Shown one piece after another: positions 37,326 through 49,830 of a stretch of 64,000 nt of DNA. This DNA comes from Octopus sinensis. Lineage: Eukaryota. How positions within the stretch are numbered: position 1 is the first letter of the stretch; the number at the start of each line of letters is the position of its first letter. The stretch is from the NCBI RefSeq assembly GCF_006345805.1, contig NC_043011.1:37832464-37896463 (forward strand). The letters are read 5' to 3'. The position numbers and the translations under genes were made by a program. The notes under the pieces were generated by a model, which did not search any database, was not told the DNA's origin, and worked only from the letters and a program-made list of their open reading frames with translations.

Positions 37326-37694
37326 AAGTGTAAGTGTACTTTGTTAAAGAGCAGCAGAAATATCGCACAGTCTGTTACTCAGAGTTTCACGTTACCGTTC
37401 GTCGGACGATATTGTTTAGAATGGAGCAAGATAAGGTTATATGCAGATATACAATTACTTTGACACATTTGAAAATTGTTTTGTTTCATTGGTCCTTTCA
37501 ACTATTGGTCTTTTCAATAATCAATTTGTTTCACATTTATGCGCTTACTCTGGTATATATAATATATGTGTGTGTTTGCGTGTGTGTATAGTTGAAATTT
37601 ACAGAAGAACAAAAGAATACACGTGTATAAACAAGAAGCTGCTGTATTAATTTGACGCTTGGGAATGTGAGAAAGTCTTTTACGTTTCGAGCTA

Positions 37695-37855
37695 GCTTGC
37701 TTACGAACTACATGTTTCCGGGTTAAGTTCCACTGCGTGCAGCTTGGGAAAGTGTCTCCTAACTGTCTCCTACTATAGCCTCGGGAAAACCAAAGCCTGG
37801 TGAGTGGATTTGGTAGACGGAAACTGAAAGAAGCCCGTCGGATATATATATATTT

Positions 37856-37939
<84 letters not shown>

Positions 37940-38165
37940 TGTATATATGTATGTGTGCGTATATTTAGGTGTGTCTGTGTTTGACCCCCAGCATCGTTTG
38001 ACAACCGATGCTGGTGTGTTTACATCCACGTACCTTAGCGGTTCGGTAAAAGAAACCGATATGATAAGTACTAGCCTTACAAAAAAAAAGTCCTGGGGTC
38101 GATGTGCTCGACTAAAGGCGGTACTCCAGTATGCCCACGGTCAAATGACTGAAACAAGTAAAAGA
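37695..38165 (+). mobile_element. SINE family B
   Basis: Both halves around an expanded (TA)(GA)(GATA) tract. Confidence 0.85.
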
Positions 38166-38299
38166 GTATATATTTTTATATATACATACACATATATATA
38201 TATATATATATATATATTAATAAAAAGAATTCCAACCTTGTCTGATTTTCACGTTTTATTTACAATCTTATAATGATATATTATAAGATAATATATTAT

Positions 38300-40325
38300 A
38301 ATTGAATAAAATAAAATGAAATAGTAGAATGTTAAATATTCATTCTGATTGAACTAGTACTTTCATGCATTGAATTCTGCAATCTTCGGGTTCATGTAGT
38401 AGTGTTGACAGTCATGCTTCACAATTTTGACTGTAGCAAGATGATTGATTCTGTGCTATAAATACAGCTGGGTAGGCTCCAGAGTGCTAGGTTTTGCAAA
38501 CTGTATTCTGACCAATCAGTGTGTAGTATCACTCAATTACTTAAGCTGATTGGTTGGTTGAGCTGATTGGTTTAGGCATCACGCTTTGTTGGACATGTCA
38601 AGAGTCCTGTATCTTGACCCTGGCCGAAGCAGCAATTGTTGGGTTATTTTTAGAAATGTTGTAAATATCCTTTGTCAGAGATTTTTATATTTTTATATTT
38701 CAATTGTCATCATCATCATTGTCAGCACCTTAATTATTGTTGCTAGTGGTGATGGTGGTGGCAATAGAACTTTTAACCCTAATAAGATAATTTTCCTGCT
38801 ATCTTCGTCTTGATCACCTTTAGTATTGTTGTTGTTGTTAGTGGTCATGGTCGTAGCAGTGGAAGTAATACCTCTAAGTATTATTATTATTATTATTGCT
38901 TATTTAGCTTGGGTTCGAATTTATCAATAAAATTCTTTTCTCTGATTTTCCTCTCGATTTCACTTGGGCTGTGTAATTTGTAGAATGGAAATATTATATA
39001 TATTTTCCGACCACATGTTGCTAGGTGGTTACTCAAAGGTATCTGACGGACCTCTGGGTCTCTAATCTGTTGCCGGTGTACACGTGAGCGTTCTAATAAG
39101 TGCGTTTCCCGTCTGACCTACATATATTTCTTCACAATTTGGGCATTTGATGCAGTAATTAAATTTCTGCTTTTGCAGTTCATATTCGCGTTTGTGAATA
39201 TTTTCCCGGTTTTTGTGTTTATATATTGACCGGTATGTATGAATGGCATGTGCCACATCGGCTATCATTGCATTTAGATACCGTGAATGTTTGTTCTTTG
39301 TTGTTGCTGAGGTCAAATTTTGCCTTTGTTAGTAATGTTTTCAAGTTTTTAGGCTGTCTTTTACTAAGCACCATAGCTCGATCCGTGATTATGTCTTTTA
39401 ATTCATTACTTTGGGCAATGATTGGTAGGTTTGCTTTGGCAATGTTGAAGATATTCTGGTGACATGGGTTGTGTGTCACTATGAATGGTATGACTTGTTC
39501 TTGTTTTCCTCTTCCTTGGGTTGTCCTAAGTTGTTGTATAGGTATTTTTATAGCCCGCTGTATGCCATTTTCTATAAGTAGAGATGGGTATTTTGTTTGC
39601 AGCAAAAATTCTCTTAGTTCTATTAGGCGTTTGTTCCTGATATTTGCATCTTCTACAAATAGTACAAATTCTTCTGGCTAGGCAGTATGGGATGTTACGT
39701 TTTGTATGTGGTGGATGGCACGACTTAAAATTTAGGTATTGATGTGTGTCTGTGTGTTTATAGTATATATCTGTGGTGATGGTGGTGTTTTTTAATTACC
39801 ATTATATCCAGGAATGGTAATTTGGTACTACTCATCTCCTTTGTAAATTGGAGAGATGGGTGGTAGGTTGTTCAGGAGGATATTGAACTCTTCCAGAGTA
39901 TTTAGAGATTCTGTCCAGATTATGAAACAGTCGTCTAGGTATCTCTTCCATGCCTTTTCAATATACTTTCTAAACCCAGTGCCATAGTTTACTCCACCTC
40001 TTGGTAGAGTTGTTCTTCTAAGTATCCCATTACAGAGTTGGCGTAAACGGGAGCAACCTCGTTCCCATCGCCGTGCTCTAATTTGGATGTAATTCTTTCC
40101 ATTGAAGAAGAATGTGTTATTTTCTAGAATAAGCTTGACTGTGTCTAATATAAATGGCACTGTGAATCTGCTGGGAATCACTTCTCTATGTTTTTCTAAC
40201 CAGTATTTAATCGCCTTTATTCCTAAATCGTGTGGAATATTGGTGTAGAGGCTTACCACATCAAAACTTAGTAAAACTGAATTTGTTTCTGTTGTTTTGG
40301 GAAGATGGGACAGGAAGTCGATGTC
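38300..40325 (-). mobile_element. Penelope-like element (RT plus GIY-YIG), 5'-truncated and decayed
   Basis: FDVVSLYTNIPHDLG, WKRYLDDCFIIW, YKHTDTHQYLNF..CHPPHTKRNIP, SKRQPKNLK, KCNDSRCGTC, CIKCPNCEEIYVGQTG; terminal-repeat-like region at about 38300-38700. Confidence 0.92.
38350..38394 (-). ncRNA. Degenerate type I hammerhead ribozyme (probably inactive)
   Basis: UGAAC-CCGAAGA-U-UGCA gaauucaa UGCA-U-GAAAG-UA-CUA-GUUCA; U4 is C and the first stem II pair is U.U. Confidence 0.55.
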
Positions 40326-40377
40326 ATATATATATATATATATTGGCTAAACTGGCAATATGACCATTCCGAAATAT

Positions 40378-40409
<32 letters not shown>

Positions 40410-40839
40410 CTATATATATAATATATAATATATAATATGGTGTGTGTGTGCGTGTGCGTGTATTTGTGTGATGTGGTACATATATTATGAGATAAACTAC
40501 GTGACAGTGACTAAATTTGCATATTTAATTAACATATTATCCAACAACCATTATCATTTATTCAATTGTTTATTAGGCTTCAACAAAACAAATTAGGATA
40601 TTATTCAGAGAGAGAATTAGCAATATCGATTATGAAAATAATATTTAAAAAATAAGCACATACTGTGGTAGGAGGATGCAGTGAATTATATTCATGCATG
40701 AATTGACTTTTTTGTGAATTTTATAATTACACCGAAAGTATGAAGGTCAAAACCGACTTCGGCATGAAAGATCAACAGAGAAAAAGCAGGAGAGAGAGAG
40801 AGAGAGAGAGAGAAGAGCGTTTGTGTGTGCGCGAGAGAG

Positions 40840-41050
40840 ATGTTTGGCCGAGCGTATAAATGAACATTATATGGAGTACGGGGATCAAAGACAAGGCTTG
40901 ATATTCTACCACCATGCCAAAGAACAAAATGGTGGTGAGCTCAACCGGATTAGCTTACAAATCCTGTCTAGGCACCCGGACGACACATCTCTACGACAGT
41001 TACGAGAGTCAGTCTTTAAAAACGAAACACGACTGGTTTTGAATAGTAAA
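40840..41050 (+). mobile_element. GIY-YIG C-terminal fragment of a Penelope-like element
   Basis: LAERINEH...HHAKEQNGG...LQILSRHPDDTSLRQLRESVF...VLNSK. Confidence 0.65.
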
Positions 41051-41959
41051 CACTGCCTATAGGCAGAGGCCTTACAAAGCTCCATGGACGCACACATACA
41101 CACACGAACGGACATACACACACACACATACACACACGCATGCAAAAACAAACTACGACATAGACATGCCCTCACGCCCACACGGATACACATACAAACG
41201 CATACGCACACACGCGGAAGCATGCATACAGAAGTACACGCGTACACACAAACACGAAGGAACTCACTCACATACGAACGCACACACATGCACAATAACA
41301 CATATACACGGACCAACACGCATGAAGACACACTGAGACACAGACACGTACTCACACACACACGGACACGCAAACACAGACACACACACACGCGTACAAA
41401 CTTGCCCTCCCATACATACGCGGACACACGCGCACGCATACGCATGTTCATACTCCCGCACAGATAGACATCAATTTATTCAACAATAATCAAAGAAAGA
41501 AGAAGGTTTAACAGTCTTTGAGTGAAGCGTCATATGGATGAACGGGTGTGTTTGCGAAAAAAAACAAAGAGAAAACCAAAACCGTGTTCTTATGTATATG
41601 AAAAAATGCCATGCCAGTATTTAAAATACAAACACACTCTCACATACGGATGCACACTCTTACGTATAAACACACATGCATACATAAACGCACTCACATA
41701 CTCATCTCGGACAGATCTCGGACAATTCCCAACATTGGAACCTAAGTTCAAGAGAAATAAAAGCTGGGAGACGTTTCACCGAAGAGATTGCAATAATGCG
41801 ATGAAATATATATTTGACAAAAATATATATAATAACAACACGAACAATACTGAACAATAAAAATGAAGGACCGAACCAGTGCGTGTGTTCATTATTACCT
41901 GCATAATGCCCCTTCCAAGGTTCAATAGTATCAAGTGCCAACAATACAAGGGAGGAGGT

Positions 41960-42920
41960 AGCTTGTTCTTTCAAGGTATATAATAACTGTCCAGTAGGCG
42001 ATCGATGGGAGGCTGAAGGGGCCATATATGAGGCTACGTGAAACCTATACCTAATATACGTAATAAGATTAATGTAATATCGAACAGCAATATTATTTAC
42101 AGATTAACCAGGTCTCATGCCAATGCAAATGCCAAGCCCAGAGATGATAACCCAGCCGGGACCGCGTCACAGAAGGCGTCATCGAAGATCCCGATACCAC
42201 CGCCACGGGTAATGAAGAAAGCATAGATGCAGATGGAATGAGCAGTACAAACGACGCACCTAGAAATAATGACCTATCCAGAACCAACGACTTGCAGAAG
42301 GTATCTACCATTCCAAATTCCACCACCTCAGATGAGAACCAAACATTCATTTTCGACAATGGTCGGATGACAAGCCCCTCGTGATATGTTACCAGGAGTG
42401 CGAATAAGGCCTCATCCCATGTTTATACTGGTTCGGCGAGTACTTCGTTCAAGAAACGTTTTCTTAACCACCACTCGTTCTTCAGACTCGCAGAAACATG
42501 GTTTGTCACGTCCCTGGCTCGCTATGTATGGCACCTTAAAGACCAAGGCACCTCGTGTGATGTCAAGGGGAAATTAATTGATTTTCGGGGCCCGTATAGT
42601 AATGGAAGTGGCCGTTGCAATATCTGTATCGCTGAGAGAGCCAACGTTCTTAAGGATTTTAATAAGCCTGGCACATTAAACAGCCGTAAAGAAGTGTTTT
42701 CTAAATGTATCCACTTCAAGCGCTACTTACTAGAAAATTGGATCTCCCCGTTTCATCAATAGGCTTCTCCGAGTATATAAGACTTTTTACCTCTGTACTC
42801 ACTATCGATTTTTCGTATTCCTCGAGTCCTGAGTGACAGCGTAGATATTTTAAAATGTTGTATTCATATAGAGTCTGACGAGCTGTCCACAAGGTGCGAA
42901 ACATTGGGTAACTCTACATT
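41960..42920 (+). mobile_element. 3' end of a Penelope-like element (GIY-YIG domain, 3' UTR, hammerhead)
   Basis: NCPVGDRWEAEGAIYEAT ... VYTGSASTSFKKRFLNHHSFF...SLARYVWHLKD...GRCNICIAER...LNSRKEVFSKCIH..YLL; hammerhead about 130 nt after the stop. Confidence 0.85.
42869..42916 (+). ncRNA. Minimal type I hammerhead ribozyme
   Basis: UAGAGU-CUGACGA-GC uguccacaaggu GC-GAAAC-auugg-GUA-ACUCUA; stem I 6 perfect bp, intact core, weak stems II and III; predicted cut after 42910. Confidence 0.75.
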
Positions 42921-42934
42921 AAATGTTGCTGTAT

Positions 42935-43001
<67 letters not shown>

Positions 43002-43170
43002 AATATATACATATAAGGAAATTAAGACAAGGTAGAACATGCTAAAATAGAATATTTTAGTACCGGTTTCAGACTTTCCGACTTAAATGAAATGATTTAA
43101 ATATTTCCATAGTTTTCAAATACAAGGGACATTTTCCTTTTTTCTGTCTGTCTGTCTCTCTTCCCCTCTC

Positions 43171-43204
<34 letters not shown>

Positions 43205-43479
43205 CTTCATTTAACTCTTGTGAAGGTTCGGTACTAGGGAGCAGCAGTCCGAAAAGAATATTTGATATGGGTTCTGGTTTTGATTGTTTAAGCAGCCGTA
43301 GTAGCCGAGGAAGGATGTGGCGAAGAAGAAGAAGAAGAAGAAGAAGAAGAAGAAGAAGAAGAAGAGGGAGTAGGAAAGAAGTGACTTTATTGTTAAGGGA
43401 TAAATAAAAATACAAACAATCGTTTATTTAACAGAATGTCACTAACTTCTTGTAGCAGAGTTTTGTGTATAGTATTTTA

Positions 43480-43870
43480 GTCTAGTGCGTATGTTAAGTG
43501 TATGCATGAAGATTTTGAGGGAATCCAGGAAGAGATTTCGTCGCAAAACGCCAGACCACCAGCACCAAGATAGTGCTCCAATCCACAATCCCATCCTTGT
43601 AGTCAACTGCTTGATAGACATGAGCTTCAGAACTGTCGATCACTCTCTGTACAAACTAGACTTTTGGTCCCTGTGATCACCGAGCGGGAGGAAGAGATAA
43701 ATGAGGTTATATTATGGGTCCTGGACGCCTTTAATGTGGAGGAATTCTATGGATTTCTACAAGAGTATTGAAGACAAGGGAACCTATTTTGAAAGTAGTT
43801 AGTTTTGTACTTCTTCGAAACGAATGAATATCTCTCCTGAAACGTAACAAAACTTCTAGAATGCACCTTA
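43480..43870 (+). mobile_element. Mariner transposase 3' remnant with right TIR remnant
   Basis: LRESRKRFRRKTP..HQDSAPIHNPILV...HSLYKLD (cf. HQDNAP.H...HPPYSPDL), DKGTYFES*, terminal gaatgcacctta-ta. Confidence 0.7.
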
Positions 43871-44279
43871 TATGTCAAATAATTGTTTTCTATAGCAAAA
43901 AGCTATACTTTCTAATATTAGAAAAACGCTTCTTTATTTTTTCTATATCAGATCATAATCATGGAGTATTTTCCAAGAAATTCGGTATACAGACATCAAG
44001 AAGAATTACTTTTAAACAAATCCTAACCACATAGATGTCACAATTAACAATGAAATTGGCAGATGAATTTTAGAATATGCTATTTTAAAATACTTTGACA
44101 GTTCCAATTTCACAGTTCATAACATTGAAATATATTATTCAATGCCCATGTTTGATTTATGTTAAGGTTCAAAAACAAACGTATTTTAAACGAAGCTAAG
44201 CATTTCAACTTTAGATGATATTCATTTCAGCTTACGCTTCATTTAACTCCAAATCCGATATTCCGTTCGTTTTTCATGT

Positions 44280-44333
44280 TCCCGTCTGCTGCTGCTGTTT
44301 CTTCTTCTTCTTTTTTTTCTTCTTCTTCTTCTT

Positions 44334-44400
<67 letters not shown>

Positions 44401-44888
44401 TCCTTCTTCTTCATCTTCTCCTCCGCCTTCTTCTTATTATTATTCTCATTCTTATTCTTATTCTCCTTCTCCTTCTTCTTCTTCTTCTTCTCCTTCTTCT
44501 CCTTCTTCTTCTTCTTCTCCTTCTTCTTATTCTTCTCTCTTCTCCTCCTTCTTCTTCTTCTACTACTTCTACTACTACTACTTTCTTCTCCTCTCCTTCT
44601 TCTTCTTTTTCTTCTTCTTATGTTTCTTCTTCTACAACTTCTTTTTTCTTCTTCCACCTCTCATTCTTCTTTCTCCTTCTTCTCCTCCCCCCTCCTCCTT
44701 CTTCTTCTTCTTCTTCTTCTTCTTGCTCATCAAAATCATCATAAGCACCATATGAACCACCAATTTCTTCTGTCTCTCATTCTTTTTCCATCATTCTCTC
44801 TCCATGTAGGCGTACCTACTTGCATACAGACATTGAGACTACTACTACCAGTATCAGTAATAGGAGTAGTAGTAGTAGTAGTAGTAGT

Positions 44889-44944
<56 letters not shown>

Positions 44945-45010
44945 CATTAATAACAATAACAACAGAAAAAGAAGAAGAAGAAGAAGAAGAAGAAGAAGAG
45001 CTTTCACTGT
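44280..45010. repeat. Composite trinucleotide microsatellite (TTC, TTA, TCC, AGT, AGC, AGA)
   Basis: Direct reading; produces the spurious 271-aa ORF. Confidence 0.95.
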
Positions 45011-45431
45011 TATTGAAATTATTATTCTAATCGTTATTTATTACTGTTATTCATTTGTTTCTCTCCGCTATTCAAATTCTTCAATTTTATTCCTAATTTA
45101 AACATTCTACAAACAAGGGAACATTGTTTGATAAGGTGACACTGCAACGTTGCGTTGAGCCATTAAAATCGACATTTTTATTTAATCTTGTTATTGGTAA
45201 AATGTCAATATCATTGACATTGTTATTCATCAACCAAATCAGATTCTCATCTTCCTTTATAGGTTTTCAATTGAATTAGATGGATTTGTAAACGGATCTA
45301 TTCTCCATTTTCCATATCTCTCATCTCCTTCTTCTCTTTCTCTCTCTCTCTCTCTCCCTCTCTCGCTCTTTATACATACATATATGTATGTATGTATGTA
45401 TGTATGTACGTACGTATGTATGTCTGTATGT

Positions 45432-45500
<69 letters not shown>

Positions 45501-45569
45501 CAAACACGTATGTACGTTTCTGTATTACCTATACACACACACGAACATAAAACATAAACCCATGCCAGA

Positions 45570-47860
45570 TGCAAAACACCGTTTTCCGAAGATTTCCTGA
45601 AGAAGTGTTTCTAAACTCGAAATATTGAACTTGAAGTTAAATTTCGGAAGAATCGATTTCTATTATTTTTCTTAGCTCTCATTGTTCAGGGTTCAAAACG
45701 AGTAAAAAGAAAAACCTTTATCACTCTTAGGCAATGATTTATGACTATTATACTATTGTATGTTTAGTATTCTATTGAAGACGGTTTGACTTCATAAACT
45801 GATACTCAAAATTTGACATAACCGATCACTAGACAATGAAATGTCTTATAAATGTTAATAATTATCTATAGTAGAGGCGCATTGTCTTAGCGATTGTTTT
45901 CTTGTACCTACATACCTCTGGCCACTTAGTACGGCTATCTACCACGATTAGATAGTAAGCGCCGTTCATCGGTCTGGCATAGTCGATATGTAACCTACAC
46001 CACGGGTTCCGGCCATGACTTATATTTTACCGGCGGGGCTTTGGCTCGAGCGCGCAACCTCCACAAGTTCTCACCAACTTTTCGATATCGCGGTCCATAC
46101 TCGGCCAATAGACCTAGCTCCTCATTAGAACATTCGTCATTGACATTCCCGGGTGTTCGCTGTGGAATTGCTGTATTACACGTTTTTGTAGTCAGTACTA
46201 CAACTCTTTGTGCATACCTCAGAATATTATCGCATATTGAAATAATACTCGAATTTGTATATCTATTCTGCTTATAAAAATAATTCGTATATTTATTCTG
46301 CTTACAAACCTGAAAGAAGCATTAAAAATAATGCTCCCTTCATTTTTGTAGTATACTCATTGCCTACAGATTTCATTTTTTATATCCTGTACAGTCATTG
46401 GCAGTTCTTCGATAACATTAGTCATAATACATTTTATTTCATTTTCTGCCTACAGTGCAGCTATCACAGTATCTTCCAGTGATTCCGTATTTTTCGGAAT
46501 TATTCTCGATAGACAGTCCACATGACCAATTTTTTCGATAAAATATAGTGCATTTTGAAATTGTAATTTAGTGAGATTTTACCCCAGCATTGTAGTCGGT
46601 TCGATGTATAGGTTGGTAGCCCTTTCTTTCACCCATAAATCGATAGCAATGGTCTATGATCAGTTTGTAGCAGAAAACTTCTGCCTTGTAGGAAGCTGTG
46701 AAATTTATTATTAATAGGGCTTCTTTTTTATCTGACTATTTATTCTCTGCCGCTACCAGCGAGCACGAAACAAGAATCACTGATTTCGTACTTCCATCTT
46801 TATACTTGTGTAGCAAAACTGCTCCTATTCTCTACTCCGAAGCATCAGATACTATCACAATGTCCATTTCATGATCGAAATATGCTACTGACAAATCTAC
46901 GATTAGAATTATTTTTATATCTTCAAAAGCGGTTTGGCCTTTAACCGACCGATTCCATTTTACTCCCTTTTTTAGATATATGGAGCTCTTAATTTCTGCA
47001 TGTTAGGAATCTAATTTTTTTGTAGTAGTTTTGGTAGCCCAGGAAACGCTTGAAACTTTGGCATATTTGTTGGAGCAGACATTTTCTTTATGGCGTCAAC
47101 CCTCAACGGCTCAGGCCGTCTTCCATTTTTATCACTTAATTGCTCTAAGTACTTAATGAGACAAAAAGAATTCGTATTTTTCTTCACTCAAAGTGAACTC
47201 GGACTCTTTAATTTCCTTGAACACAGCTTTTATATGCTTCACATGCTATTCGCGCAAATTAATCTTAATCGATATATCGTGAAAATAAAAGATTGCAAAT
47301 TCACAATCGGACAACGTAGGATCCATGATTTACTGAAATATTGCCGGTGCAACCTTTAATCCTTAAGGTAGGCGGGTAAATTTGTACAATCCTCTATGTG
47401 TATTTATAGTCAGATACTTTGAGCATTTTTCATTTAATTGGATTTGTAAATAAGCGTCAGGCATATCCAGCTTGGTAGAAATTTTTCCACTATTTGATTT
47501 TGCGAAAATGTCTTGTGGTGCCTGCAGTGGATGCTGGCATATCTTTATGCAGTCGTTCAATACTGTAGAAAAATAGGTACACAGCCGAATCTTATCATTT
47601 TTCTTTTTAATGCACATCGTGAGCAACGTCTATTTACAGTAATCCACCTTTTTGATGATTCCACTCTTTTCCAGTCTGTCCAACTCTTCATTTACGATTT
47701 TCAATTGCCGCGAATGGTACGTTTCTGTTAGATTTAAATACAGGCACAGCCTTTTCCCTTAATTGAAAGCAGGATTCAGTCTTTTTATATAGACCTAAGT
47801 TGTCCGATAGTACTTGAGGAAACACCTTTTCCAATTTTCTCTTCAATTCCTGCCGGTTAC
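45570..47860 (-). mobile_element. Second Ty3/Gypsy (Mag-like) pol remnant: RT-RNH-INT, no LTRs recognised
   Basis: KIRLC...KLDMPDAYLQIQL...TINTHRGLYKFTRLP..LKVAPAIFQ; IVSDASE*RIGAVLLH; YWPSMDRDIEKLVRTC...PWCRLHIDYARPMNG..YLIVVDSRTKWPEV. Confidence 0.88.
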
Positions 47861-47919
47861 GTCAGACCTCTGCTATTTATATGAAGTGTTCCCGACTGTT
47901 CTCGACATACTTTCGCCCC

Positions 47920-48275
47920 GACAACTTAGCTATTCATCGTTTGGGCATCGATAAAATAGGTATCATTTCAGCACTGGGGTCATTGTAATTGACTTAACCC
48001 CTTCCCCGATATTGTTGACCCTGTGCAAAAATTTAGAGACTATACCACTCGCATTTAAGGTTGTGACCTGGCAAAATCATTAACATTCCTCTCAAAATGC
48101 TTACCAGCATTTCGTCCGCCGTTCTTAGATTAAATTCCGCCGAGGGCTGATTTGAATTTCTCCCCGCCGGGCATCATAAAGTAGGTACCTGTCGAGTACT
48201 GGGATCGATCTACTCAATTTACCTTTTCCCTCCAAATTGATGGCCTTGTGTCAGAATTTGAAACCAATATTACTC
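47920..48275 (+). mobile_element. Two old SINE family A copies
   Basis: catcgataaaataggtatc...actggggtc and aaattccgccgagg...caaaatttgaaacc-type tails. Confidence 0.65.
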
Positions 48276-48767
48276 ACATTCATTTCTATATTTTTGTCAC
48301 ACCACCATTTGCATTATGTTGTATATAACTACGACATAGAACAGTATAGAATCAACACGAATATCAAATTAATGCTATCACTACTATCACTACTATCACT
48401 ACTATCACCGACTACTAACAACGTTAATCAAGTGCAGTAACTGCATTGTCATCAATACACCAATGATAACAGCAAAAACAAAAAAAAAAACAACCAAAAT
48501 TACCACGTGACATTACTGAAATTTTATATCGAAATATTTGTTACCAATATTTCTACAAAGGAAATAACCAACATATATACATGTATATCCGGAGGCGGAA
48601 GTAATTAACAAAAAAAATTAAGAGAAATGATAACACATATGCCAATAATGAAATAAAAATATTTAAATAACATAATTAAATGAAATATGTGTAAATAAAA
48701 GAATGATGTACCTATTAAAGGAGTGTTCGTATTCCTTATTTTAATTCAAAGACATATTTGCATGACA

Positions 48768-48819
<52 letters not shown>

Positions 48820-48885
48820 TATATATATAATATATATATTATATATATATATATTATATATATATTATATATATATAATATATAG

Positions 48886-48971
<86 letters not shown>

Positions 48972-49798
48972 TTCCCTCTATAATCCTTTCTTCGCTTTGT
49001 ATTGTTTTGAATAGTCATTTGCATAAAGCAATATATATGTGCGTGTGTGTGCGCGCGAGTATATAAACAAATACATATATATGAGCATTTATATATATAT
49101 TTATATATATATATATATATATATATGATTACACGCACACATATAAAGGTACATGTACACATATATAAGTACATATATGAACATATATAAGTCCATATAT
49201 AAATTGTGCGTACTTCTCACGTAAATAGCTCTGTTTATCACCATGCAACTAAAACATATATGGCTTCAACATACAACACCATATAATTAAAGAAACTATC
49301 ATAAAATTAGGTTTGCAAAATTCAATCAGCAATTAGAGAGCAAAATATGAATGGTTGGAGTTGGTGACGAAGAACGAACTAGTGTAATATAAGTGAAATC
49401 TTTTTTGTAATGTCTTTCATAATGTAGAAAATATGTTAGATAAAAATATATTCTGTTTCGATGCTTTAGGAAACAAATTGTGAATTGAAAATAAAAAGAC
49501 AATTAGAAATATATATGTGTATTTATTTACTGGAATAAATATTAATTACAGAATAAAATGAAAATATATTACATTTCTGCGAAAATCATCTCGAGGAAAG
49601 AGTAATAAATAAATTTATTATTATGCTGTTTTGCGTAATTTGTATTTATGTTGCTACAGTTTTGCGCATATGCGTGCGTGTACCTGTACATGAATAACTA
49701 TATAAATATATGTGTATTTGTATGTTCGCGTTTCTGTCATGTTAGTGCATGTGCATTCACACACAAAGACACACACACACATTCACACACACACACAA

Positions 49799-49830
<32 letters not shown>

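Noticed and set aside
44215-45030. 271-aa ORF and the many YI/IY, poly-I, poly-L, poly-N and HT-repeat ORFs in the track
   Set aside because: They are translations of stop-free microsatellites with no domain content.
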